Positions 1 to 10,100 of a DNA stretch of 64,000 nucleotides are shown piece after piece; positions within the stretch are counted from its first letter, which is position 1; the number at the start of each line of letters is the position of its first letter. The DNA lies in assembly GCA_023334545.1 (NCBI GenBank), contig JAADVB010000019.1, positions 1 through 64,000 on the forward strand. Reading direction: 5' to 3'. Under the pieces are notes generated by a model. The model worked only from the letters and a program-made list of their open reading frames with translations, was not told where the DNA came from and did not search any database. The stretch comes from Salisapilia sapeloensis CBS 127946 (taxonomy: Eukaryota; Protista; Oomycota). Made by a program: the position numbers and the translations under genes.

Positions 1-1
1 C

Positions 2-490
2 GAGAAGGTGGAGGCTCGCTACAAGGGCAAGAGCCGTCTGTATCCGGGGGTGATCTCCCGCTGCCGACTCAATGGCACGTACGACATCGACTATGATGAC
101 GGTGAGAAGGAAACCGGTGTGGCAGCGGACTTGATCCAATCGGCCCGCAAAGCGGTTGCAAACTCTCCGATTCGTAGGGCAGGATCGTTTTCGGACCGGA
201 TCGAGGCGAGGGAAGAAGTAGTGCAGTCGTATCGCGAGGGAACCCGGGTGGAAGCTCGGTATGGTGGAAAGGATCGATATTTCAAAGGGGTGATTTCACG
301 AGTGAATGGGGACGGAACGTACAGGATTGAGTATGATGATGGAGATGAGGAGCGAAAGGTACCATCGAAGTTGATTCGTCCAATAAGCTCAGCATTAAAG
401 ATGTCACCTCCATCCTTCTCTCGCGACACTTCAAAATCGATTGCACCACTGAGAGGCAAAAAAGCGGCTAGTGGCAGTAGATCGGATTGA
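2..490 (+). CDS. 3' end of tandem Tudor/Agenet-like repeat protein (5' part lies outside the window)
   Basis: Two copies of VEARY.GK.R.(Y/F).GVISR...(N/D)GTY.I.YDDG..E..V...LI. The frame is open from base 2 to TGA at 488-490. Confidence 0.8.
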   Translation, partial: EKVEARYKGKSRLYPGVISRCRLNGTYDIDYDDGEKETGVAADLIQSARKAVANSPIRRAGSFSDRIEAREEVVQSYREGTRVEARYGGKDRYFKGVISRVNGDGTYRIEYDDGDEERKVPSKLIRPISSALKMSPPSFSRDTSKSIAPLRGKKAASGSRSD

Positions 491-629
491 TTATTCGTCG
501 CCAGATGAAATATCGATTATTATAGAAATGTCTTTACAAGAGATGTCAGCGGTATTGCCTTAGTATGTCATTTTGCTGCTCTTTATAATTTCAAAATACC
601 ACAATATATATTATGCTTTTAAGCTCAGA

Positions 630-1472
630 CTAATGTCGCGCGAACATCGCGGTATCCAGTGACGATCTTACTGTACTTCGAAGAGAGACCATACTGCCCG
701 GAAGCTTCCGCACTGCTTCCTTAACGGGAGAGATACAAAAAGTATCGATCCTCTTCGCAATATTTGTCGTGGAAACATTTGGTCCAAAGCTGCCCGAACT
801 GACCAAAATTGGCCCCGAAATGTCCAAACTTCCCCTATGCGATTGGGTTTTGACATTGGAAGGGCGCTTCTTCGTCCGAGCTTTCTGAGCACGTATCAAG
901 ATAACGCTGCAGTGTGAAAACATGTGCCTCCAGGCGTTTTCGATTTCTGGAGTCCAAGCAGACCCCGAGGTTTCTTTCATTGCGTAAATAAGGGCACATC
1001 CGACTTGATCAAAGTGCTCTAGCTTGACGCCAAAACGCATATGAGTAGACGTCAGTGTATGGACACGGTCCATAAACTTTTCATGCGCTAAAAGTGTTCT
1101 CATTCCGGCACTAATATGGACGAGTACTCGACCTCTTACGTGCAATGAAGAGCGGAACACGGGTTTTAGCTCTGGATAGTTGTCTTCGAGATACGCGTAA
1201 AAGGTGTCGTACAGCTCCATGATCTTTGTGGATGACTCCTTCTTACTTGTAGCTTGAGCATTGAACACTTTCTCCCAGTGTACATGCGCCAAGTGTCGGT
1301 GCTCTTCAGTTGAATGTTCAGCGTAGACGAACGATGGCAAGTACTGACGCATGATTTTAAGCTCAGTACGATTAAACTTCTTTGGACGCTTCTTCTTCTT
1401 TGGAGGAACTTTTTGGTAGTCCGGATCGCTTGGTACGACTTGGATAGTCTTAAAAGATGGTGTATTCCCCAT
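630..1472 (-). CDS. Single-domain globin with N-terminal MGxxxS motif and polybasic stretch
   Basis: Globin features: LYDTFY..L...YPELKPVF (CD1 Phe), TLTSTHMRFGVKLEHF..VG.AL (proximal His) and WTPEIENAW. The likely ATG is at 1472 (MGNTPS); the upstream ORF extension looks non-coding. Confidence 0.8.
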   Translation of the reverse strand: MGNTPSFKTIQVVPSDPDYQKVPPKKKKRPKKFNRTELKIMRQYLPSFVYAEHSTEEHRHLAHVHWEKVFNAQATSKKESSTKIMELYDTFYAYLEDNYPELKPVFRSSLHVRGRVLVHISAGMRTLLAHEKFMDRVHTLTSTHMRFGVKLEHFDQVGCALIYAMKETSGSAWTPEIENAWRHMFSHCSVILIRAQKARTKKRPSNVKTQSHRGSLDISGPILVSSGSFGPNVSTTNIAKRIDTFCISPVKEAVRKLPGSMVSLRSTVRSSLDTAMFARH

Positions 1473-2291
1473 TAATCGAGAGGAAGGTCGAAAGCTCCTG
1501 AGTAGAGGTGATGAGGAGGCAAAATATAGTAAAATGATGAATATTAAGTCTGATCGCTTATAATAAGTTACCTTTATCGACTTCGCCAGGTTCTGATGCT
1601 GACCAGGTATAAAAATAACCGCCAATATCAAGTAGCAGGTCAGCTTTATGACGCGGATATTCTTACTCCAAAAGTAGTTCTACTACAAATAGCTATCGAT
1701 GGTATTCTTCTAGCACTCATACTTTTCTCTTTCCGAACGCATTTTAAATAATATATCAAATAGCCTTTACGAGTACAGCTTTTATTGGCGGCTGCAGCGG
1801 TAGCTTTACGACCGCCTTAAGAGATAGAAATAAACAGCACTTAAGCACTCTCTGCAGAAAACATCGAGTACTTTACCGAATTCAGTAGAGACAAAACGAC
1901 TCTTTCGTGCCATTATGCGTTGGTTATAAATCTAAAATAGGAAGTCATCGTCAAAGACTGTAGAAAAAGTTAAAGTCTGCGGCAAAATTCAGGTTTTTAC
2001 TACAATAAATTACACAATGAATACTGTCCGTTTGATCATCAAGCGATAATATTACGCAGATTGTGCGCAAAGTGCTTGAAAGCCTCAATGATAAACACTA
2101 GATCTATTTTAACTTCGATTATCATTACGTTGGAGCGATCAAATGACACATTAAGACTGACACTTATAAGCATGAAGTGCACGAGACTGAACGACGAAAA
2201 GCTGCAAAAATTGATAGTTGCAAATGAAAGGATACAGATATGTGCAACATGAAATATTTCATTATTCTGTTGATAAGCTGCTAAAACATAT

Positions 2292-5200
2292 TCAATTAAT
2301 CATAGCATTTTCATCCGATGCTTGACATCCTCCATTTCCTACATCGGCCGCCTTGGCGACATTCTCCAAACAGTCGAATCGAGGACGACTCAACGAACCA
2401 TCGTACTTGGTCACTTCAATACTTGTCTGAGCTAGTTGTAGCTCTACATTGTCTTTATTTCGGGTTGTAAGCATACTTGAACACGAGCTAACACTGGAGA
2501 ATTCCTCGCAGTCATCCTTACTGTCACACCATCGCTTGCGATCAAGATTATTCTTATGCCCCTTTGATTGTCTCGAAGTTTCCTCTTGGAGTACATGAGG
2601 CTTGACTCGGACATCATCGTGGTGTTTAGAATTTACTGTCTTCACGCTCGGGCTACCAAAACGTAAATGTGGCGAAACTTCTAGCTGCATGGATGAAACC
2701 ATGCTTACAATCGTTGCACGCTTTCTTAAATCTTCTGACATGGCATTGATTTGTAGCGCATTATTCGCTTTTTTGTCTTTGTGACTTGCGTTCGTCAAGT
2801 GGCTGATCCCTATGTTGCTTTCACCATGTATGTTTAAACGCGCAAGTTCACGCCACCAAACTTGAATAGCTTTCGCAGCGAAACCTTTCGCTTTTTGAAT
2901 GATAAAGCAGTAGTAAATAAACTGACATATCGTCCTTACCGCCCATTGGCGCCTAATATCGCTTTCATGATGGTCGATAGAAGTCGTCGAGAGTGGGGCG
3001 TTGAGTGGTATGTCGGATGTTGTCAAGCTCTCACTTGGTTCAGCGACCTTTTCAATAGTTTTCTCAATATTTTGAAGCAGTCTCTGAACACCAGGAAGTG
3101 GAAATGCTTCCAGTGATTTGATCATGTAATACCGTGCCAGTGTATAATTGTTTTTAGCAATATACTTCTTGCCCATATCTCTCATCAATGCCGCGTCTAG
3201 AGCTAATTCTTCTTTTGGTTTGTAATCATCAGTATGAGACAATGATGAATTGACGATCTGGAATTCATCAAGTGCATCATTTTCATTGCTCACTAAAGAT
3301 TGATCCTTACTTGATTGCAGTGATTGTAATAGTAAATGCGTTTGAGCGTTGCATTGAGCAAGCTGAGTCTCTTGTCGACGAATAAGCCGATCTTGCTCTA
3401 GCTCTCGTTTTTCATACTGCTCTTGACGTTGATACAATCTTTCCATATCAGCTCCGAGCTGTCGATGAAGATTTTGGAGATGTAAATAACGCTCTTCCAG
3501 CTGCAAATGACCATCTTTAGATCGATTGCATGCTGATCGAGCCGCCACAATCTCAACTTTTTGGCGCAGTCGTTGCGAATTAATAAGGTCAATATGCATC
3601 TTGCATTCATTTTCATCCGTATTTGCCGAATACACAATATCGTATATATCAGCACCATAGAGAAGTAGTGCTTCCATCATCTTCATGGAAACATCTTCGT
3701 AGAAACCCGAATTCAGGTTTTGGCAAACGATCTCTAACGGAGTCATTTTGCCGATGTCCTTGAGATCTAGACGAGCTCCTGCTGCCAATAAGACTTTGAC
3801 GCAAGCAACACGGTGCATTTTGCATGCTACATGTAACGGTGTCTCGAATCTTTCATTTCGTAGTGCCAGATATTGATGGACATTTCTTTCCTCTAGATAC
3901 TGGTTGCGAATAGCTTTTATCATGCAAGATAATACATCGTTATAACCTTTTCTCGCAGTCGTGTGAAATGGAGTATCACCTCCGACATGTGAAACTGTGC
4001 AAGCAGACGTAGAATGCGATAAGAGAGCATTCACAGCATCGATGCTTCGAAGAATACAAGCGAAGTGAAGTGGAGTCCGCCCTAGTATGTCCGTTGCATT
4101 CCTGTCCGCACCGTGCTTTAACAATAACTTGATTAGATTAGCACTATTTGGCTGAGATACTGCGTAATGTAGAGGTGTGAGATCCCAATGATCTTTGTAA
4201 TTGATCACTCTTTGAATTTGAATTGGATCTTGCTGGTAATGATCAAGAAATACTTGAAGATCATAAAGACTTCCATCTCGACAGAACGATAAAACTTCTT
4301 TAATGTCAACAACATCCGTAGATGGTAAAGGCTTCCAATTAATAGGGATTGGTCGGTCAATGACAGTCAAGTATGTAGATGCAATCGAAGGTCCCACACA
4401 GAGAACGGAAACCTCCGACTGTGCGAACTGAATTTGTCGAAACGCTCTAGCCGATACCATAATTGCTGGTATCGTTAGTTCAACAACACTCAACTTGTCA
4501 ACGGTCATGACAAATGCGGCGAATTCATCCTCAATATCATTGTTTCCGATAATTGCAGCTACAGCACCTGCGTCTTGGATGCGTCGTAGCTTATCTGGAA
4601 ATGTGCACTCACCTCGTTCTACTAGCGCTATGTTGTTACAAAGTGCTGACGCATTCTGTAAAGGTTGGTCAGCGTGGACAGGATCACACGTGATACACTT
4701 TGCTTTTATTTCTGTGTTCTCTTCGATATTAGAAAAATCAGCGAGCGGTGCATAATGCAGAACACTGGTGCTAACGGATGTTGCGTACTGAACGAATGTG
4801 AAGGTTGGAGTTGATATATGCGACTCTTTTGCAACTGTCTGGTTTGTACCGATGCATCTTTCTTCCTTTTCATCGATTGATGCAGAGTTCGCCATCGTGT
4901 TTTGATTTTGCACTGCTACAGTAGAGTTTGATTCAGTTGGAGAAATGGTCTGTGTCTCTGATAGCTGTTTTAAAGGCGCCGTGGGCTCTGCTCCGAAATG
5001 CTTAAGCAATGCAGATGTCTGCTGTGTCATTGCTGTCCACTTTGTTGAAGCCTTCTTTTTCTTTTCCTGCTTTTCTAATTTCATCCTGTGCGTTTGCTTG
5101 TCAAGCTGTCTCTGGAAATAGCACTGCTCGCTCGCCATCGCAGCCTCTTTTGTTTTACCATCAAGTAACTCCAACTGCACGCTGACATTATCCACAGCAT

Positions 5201-5540
5201 TCGAGTACTCTTTAAACATCTTACATATATCATAGAAGCAAATCATTACACATGGAATGGATATTTCCAGTCTTATGAGTGAAGAGGCGTCGTCATCTGG
5301 AGCCATCGTAAAAGTTGTAAATGGTTCCTCTTGATCGTTGTTGGCGACGATCATTGCAATAGCACCACATTCGAGGATGCGCTTTGCTTTCTGTTCAAAT
5401 GTACAGCTACCTCGAACGACTAATGCGATTGATCCACGCATCTCTGCTGCGTTGCGAAGCGGAGCATCGGCTCGAGGTGGATCTGCACACACCAGGTTAC
5501 CAGTGTATATCGCAGGTGTACGACAGCCAAATGAAGACAT
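2292..5540 (-). CDS. Multidomain protein: 2x protease-associated (PA) domain, ankyrin repeats, coiled coil, TPR-like helix pair, IQ-like motif
   Basis: PA motifs GSIALVVRGSCTFEQKAK....GAIAMIVANN and NNIALVERGECTFPDKL..IQDAGAVAAIIGNN. Ankyrin motifs LTPLHYAV, GRTPLHFAC, GDTPFHTTA, ETPLHVAC. IQ-like AAKAIQVWWR. Probable start MSSFG at 5540; possible intron at 2891-2939. Confidence 0.8.
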   Translation of the reverse strand: MSSFGCRTPAIYTGNLVCADPPRADAPLRNAAEMRGSIALVVRGSCTFEQKAKRILECGAIAMIVANNDQEEPFTTFTMAPDDDASSLIRLEISIPCVMICFYDICKMFKEYSNAVDNVSVQLELLDGKTKEAAMASEQCYFQRQLDKQTHRMKLEKQEKKKKASTKWTAMTQQTSALLKHFGAEPTAPLKQLSETQTISPTESNSTVAVQNQNTMANSASIDEKEERCIGTNQTVAKESHISTPTFTFVQYATSVSTSVLHYAPLADFSNIEENTEIKAKCITCDPVHADQPLQNASALCNNIALVERGECTFPDKLRRIQDAGAVAAIIGNNDIEDEFAAFVMTVDKLSVVELTIPAIMVSARAFRQIQFAQSEVSVLCVGPSIASTYLTVIDRPIPINWKPLPSTDVVDIKEVLSFCRDGSLYDLQVFLDHYQQDPIQIQRVINYKDHWDLTPLHYAVSQPNSANLIKLLLKHGADRNATDILGRTPLHFACILRSIDAVNALLSHSTSACTVSHVGGDTPFHTTARKGYNDVLSCMIKAIRNQYLEERNVHQYLALRNERFETPLHVACKMHRVACVKVLLAAGARLDLKDIGKMTPLEIVCQNLNSGFYEDVSMKMMEALLLYGADIYDIVYSANTDENECKMHIDLINSQRLRQKVEIVAARSACNRSKDGHLQLEERYLHLQNLHRQLGADMERLYQRQEQYEKRELEQDRLIRRQETQLAQCNAQTHLLLQSLQSSKDQSLVSNENDALDEFQIVNSSLSHTDDYKPKEELALDAALMRDMGKKYIAKNNYTLARYYMIKSLEAFPLPGVQRLLQNIEKTIEKVAEPSESLTTSDIPLNAPLSTTSIDHHESDIRRQWAVRTICQFIYYCFIIQKAKGFAAKAIQVWWRELARLNIHGESNIGISHLTNASHKDKKANNALQINAMSEDLRKRATIVSMVSSMQLEVSPHLRFGSPSVKTVNSKHHDDVRVKPHVLQEETSRQSKGHKNNLDRKRWCDSKDDCEEFSSVSSCSSMLTTRNKDNVELQLAQTSIEVTKYDGSLSRPRFDCLENVAKAADVGNGGCQASDENAMIN

Positions 5541-5755
5541 TGTACACTCCTGCCTCCCTAAATTTACATTCCATGTAAAGTAAGCACTGATTACGTTCTC
5601 CATCAGAGTGATCAAGCCAAGGGTAGAGCAAGTCGCCGACGTGTCAAGTTTGGCGTAAAGTATCTTGATGCGACTGCTCAAGATCAGGATCTTACGCATA
5701 TGGTACCGTCTACGTAATCAGATGCTACCGATCATTATTACCGCGACAGATCACG

Positions 5756-7022
5756 ATGCTGTACAAGAACCCGAATGCGATGCCCAAGCATGCCGACGGG
5801 GCGGTGTTGCATCTCGGTGTGAAAACAGGGGACGGTACGCGTTGGTTTTATTAATATAGATATTTTTATATATTTATGTGTGCGATGCCATGCGCTGCAT
5901 ATCGTGGGTAGTTGCAAATCGCATTCTATCTGTTGGCAGTTTAAGTCGAGCTGAGATGCTGTCTTCCTTTCTCGACGACAACTCTGTCAACAAATACACA
6001 TCCGAGAGAGGATTTGTCACTTTCACCGGCACTAAAGATGGAGTTTTTGTCTCCATCATTGCCACTGGAATGGTTCGAACCTTTACATCTTTTAAAAGGA
6101 ACTTTGAAGCGTAACATTTAATAAAACACAGGGATATCCAAACATGGATTTTGTCGTGAGGGAAACGAGAGCTATTGTGGAAGGTCCAATAGCCATCATT
6201 CGGTATAATTTATATCCTTTCCTTACCAATTCCAGCACCAATCGACTGTCATTCCATCTGCGAATAGATTCGGCACTTGTGGTGGTCTTAAGAGAGACGT
6301 AGCTCCTGGAAGTGTTGTAGTCAATGGTAAAGGATCCATCGCTGTGATCCGAAATCCAGACGCTTTTTTTGACGATGAAGACAAAGAAGACTCGTATCGT
6401 TTTAGTCGTATCAAACCAGCTTCCGATAAGCTATCCACTGCGGTAGGCAACACAAACAAAGTATAATAGGGACTACTCTAATCTAGCCTGCTCTTCGTAT
6501 GATAAAGCTATTCAACGACATGGAGAATAAGAAAGCAGGCTTGCATTCTCTACCGTCTCTTGCTTCTGTACAAGATATGGAGCAACTGAACGTTTACAAC
6601 GGTCTTAATGCTACTGCTTGTTCCTTCTACAGCTCCCAGGGTACTTAGAACGTCACATAGCTAATTGCATGATGAGCTGATGTTATACAGGCCGTATTGA
6701 TAGTGCTTTTGACGACCAGAACCAAGGTCTAGTCGAGAAACTCATGACGCAGTACCCCGACTTGTATACGCTTGAGATGGAAACGTTCCACTTGTACGCA
6801 TCATCCTATCCACATTCACATACGTAGGCTTCTACTAACCTCCTCCCATTCAGATTCGATCTGGCACACAATAGTCGAGGTTCTGTCTCGGCAGCAGCCG
6901 CAGCTTTAGTACTCGCTAATCGCTCAAGCGGCCAAGTCGTGGAGGAACAAGTTATGAAAGCTGTGGAACGTCATTGGGGTCAAGTCATCCTCGATACACT
7001 AGCCCAAGTCAGTCTTGAATGA
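5756..7022 (+). CDS. udp: Uridine/purine nucleoside phosphorylase (PNP_UDP family), multi-exon
   Basis: Spliced translation MLYKNPNAMPKHADGAVLHLGVKTGD|VANRILSVGS...RGFVTFTG...SIIATGM|GYPNMDFVVRE...IIR|FGTCGGL...TLEMETFHL|FDLA..SRGSVSAAAAALVLANR. GT-AG introns include 5835-5911 and 6203-6267. This gene is not captured as a single ORF in the ORF track. Confidence 0.85.
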
Positions 7023-7145
7023 AACGAAATAGCACAAGCGAATGGAGACAAATGGAATGGATCATTATTCATTGTCATACACAGTTTCTTGCTGTCAAGT
7101 TTTTCTACTTGATCATTTTCTCGCATCTACCTTGGTGCTTCCTAC

Positions 7146-10100
7146 TCAAGCATTCGACAGCGACGATGGACGGCCGACAAAGCTAAAGCCGTCAAAGTCA
7201 TTGTTCGTCTGTGCGCCCTGTGGCTGTCGAGGCATCGCAAGCGTGCCTTCTCGGTCGCGGGGCGTAATGTCATTGTTATGGCGTGGCGCGTAGTGCGTGT
7301 CAAGCTTACCGACGCCAGGGTTGAACGGCGGCTCGACTCGTTTCTCTAGTAGCTCCTGCCAGTTCATGCTTTCAAAGAACGGATGGTTGAGCACTTCATC
7401 GGCACCGGACGGTCCACTCCCGAGACGCATCATCGGGTCTCTCGTCAGCAACTAGTAGACAGAGATAAGTACATGCAAAAAACTATATAAAACAAACAAA
7501 CGTACGCCTCGGATGAGCGACACAGCCTTGTCCGAGAAACTTGGTGTGAATGTCACCCACTCCTGCTTGAGGATCGTCTGGAACATAATGTCGCGGTTAC
7601 GATGGTAGTATGGCGGCTTGCCACCGATCATCTCGTACAGCAAGATGCCAAAGCTCCACCAGTCGGCAGCTTTACCATACGAGTTACCCTTGAGCAGCTC
7701 CGGTGCAATGTACGCTGCTGTGCCACAGAACGTCGTGGCGCCCTTTAAGTCCGAGACACCGACCTTGGACAGTCCAAAGTCCGTGATACGCACGTGGCCT
7801 TCGTGATCTAAAAGAACGTTCTCGAGCTTCGCATCACGATAGATGATGTCGAGGCTATGGAGATGGGCGATGCCAGCCGCCACTTCTGCAGCATAGAAGC
7901 ATGCCCAGTCTTCGCGGAATTTGCGTCGACGACGGAGGTGGAACGCCAGAGACCCGCCGCTCAAGTAGTCCATGACTAGATACAACTTGGAGTCGCTTTG
8001 GAAGGCGTAGTGGAGCTTGACGATGAACGGGTGGTGGATCTCCGTCAAGATCTTTCGTTCCGCCATCGTCGTATTCACCAGTCCAGACGACACGACATGC
8101 TGTTTCTTGAGTACTTTCATGGCAAATGCTTCTCCTTGTCGAGGTGGCGTCAACTTGCGACTGAGAAAGACTTTCCCAAAGCCACCTTGTCCGACGACTT
8201 TCATCAGCTCAAAGTCTTTCACCGTGATCTGAGCCTTGGTCTTATCACTCTCGACCTTTCGACTTTCCTTACTCGCTGCTTTGTTCAGTGGTTTATTCGG
8301 CAAATAGTACGACGGACGAGACTTATCATCTGGGCTCACAGCAGACACCTTAGTCTCTTCCTCTGCGCCACCAGCAGACATGTCACTCGCTTCATCAGCG
8401 TCCGTCTCGCCTAGCACCAGGATATTTGATTTGCGTCGTGCACGTCCGCTCTTTCGCTTTCGTAGCTCTGCACGAACGTGCTTGACGACTGCAGTCATGC
8501 CAGGTCGCTCGGGATTCGCTCCGACGAACGCAAAGGCTGCTCGCTCTGCCTTTTCCAGCGTTGCAGGCGTGCTGTCTGCTTCTTTGTTCGGAGGCATGAA
8601 GCCAATCGAGAGGCAGACGCATCCGACACGTGCTTGGCTATCGACGATCTGTGCACCAAGCGATTCGAAGGCACATTCCCAATTGATCGCTCGACGTCCC
8701 AAGAGCTCTAGGACGCTCGGACTTTCATTCCCATCAATCTCATGCTTACTCTCGATGAACGCAATGCGATGCACTTTTTCCCGTACATCGTCTTCAAATG
8801 CTTCAACAATGGACTTGGCAAGTGTCCCACCTTGTGCAAACGCAATGATGGACACTTGTCCACGACATTTCGCGACAAAGTGTTCCCAAACGAAACGAAC
8901 GTGTTCTTCAGGCGTGTTCGAGTTCGGGATCGGCACGACACGTTCAAAGCCACCTGCTTCATACACGACAGCGCTGTTGCTAAATGGGTTGCAGACGATG
9001 ACACCATAGCCTTCTTCTTGCGCACGAGCAAAGTACGGAACCATGGACCACGGGTGTTCAATCGTAGTCGAAGCGTTCGTAGTATCCTGTCGCCAGAGAC
9101 CCATGGGACCAGAGTCCGAGAGGAAGAGGATCACCTTCTTCGCACTTGCGTACGCCATGGACGTGTAGAAACGACAGCGAACGGGCGAGTCTGGAGACGG
9201 AACGAATTGAGGCGTAAAGTCCAGCTCCTTCTCCATGTAGTGGTAAATGTCTTTCTTGGCGTCGGACGCAGGGACTTTCGACTCGAGAGACGGAACGACA
9301 GGGTCCGCGACCGGTTGTGGTTCGTCGAAGCCAGCGATACCGCGCGTATCAAGCTCCAAGGAATCTTCCGAGCTCTTCCGTCCACGCTCTTCACCAGAGC
9401 TTTCATCCTTCTCATCAGCTTCCACCGCGACGGACGGACGATTGGACTTGAGCGAACGAAGGTTGTCGCCTGCTTCTTCCTTTGCAGCTTCCTTCTCTTC
9501 TTCATCGCTACTGGATTCATTCGCCAAGTCCGCGAGACGCTTTTGCTGCGCCGACACGGTCCCTGTTAAGCTCATTCGAGACGCACTCAGAGGCTGCTTC
9601 TCTTCTTCATCGTCACTAAATGACGTGAAGCTCTTTTGCTGTGGTGGATCTTGGATCGTGAACGGACGCTGCGCTTCCTCTTCACTCGATGACTCGGACA
9701 CTGCCTTTGCTTCCACCTCCCGCGGCTCATCGACAGGTTCCAGCGCTTCCACCTCTTCTTCCGATGCTTCACTCTCATTCTCTACCACCTCTGCCTCCTG
9801 CTGTCGAGCAAGACGAGACGGATAAGCAGCGTCCTTGTCGCCACCCACATCGATGCCGTCTGGTGTCTGCATCACTGCTAAAAGCAGCGTTCGTGCGCCT
9901 TCCGACAGCGCTTCGAGCTCATCAAACGCCGTGTTCTCGTCATCCATGTCACCATCATCCATATCTTCACTCTGTCCTCTCGTCATACCCTTCTCCTCGC
10001 TTCCGTCTTGCACACTCGATGCAATGGCAGCAGTAGCACGATCATTGAGTCCCGTACCACGTAGGTTATGTCCACAAGCACCACAGAATCGAGATCCAGT

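Noticed and set aside
6203-6267. ATATCCTTT plus TTCCTTAC inside a uridine phosphorylase intron, resembling U12 (minor) intron signals
   Set aside because: The frame is restored only by the GT at 6203 and AG at 6267. The ATATCC motif is internal and has no matching AC acceptor at a plausible distance.
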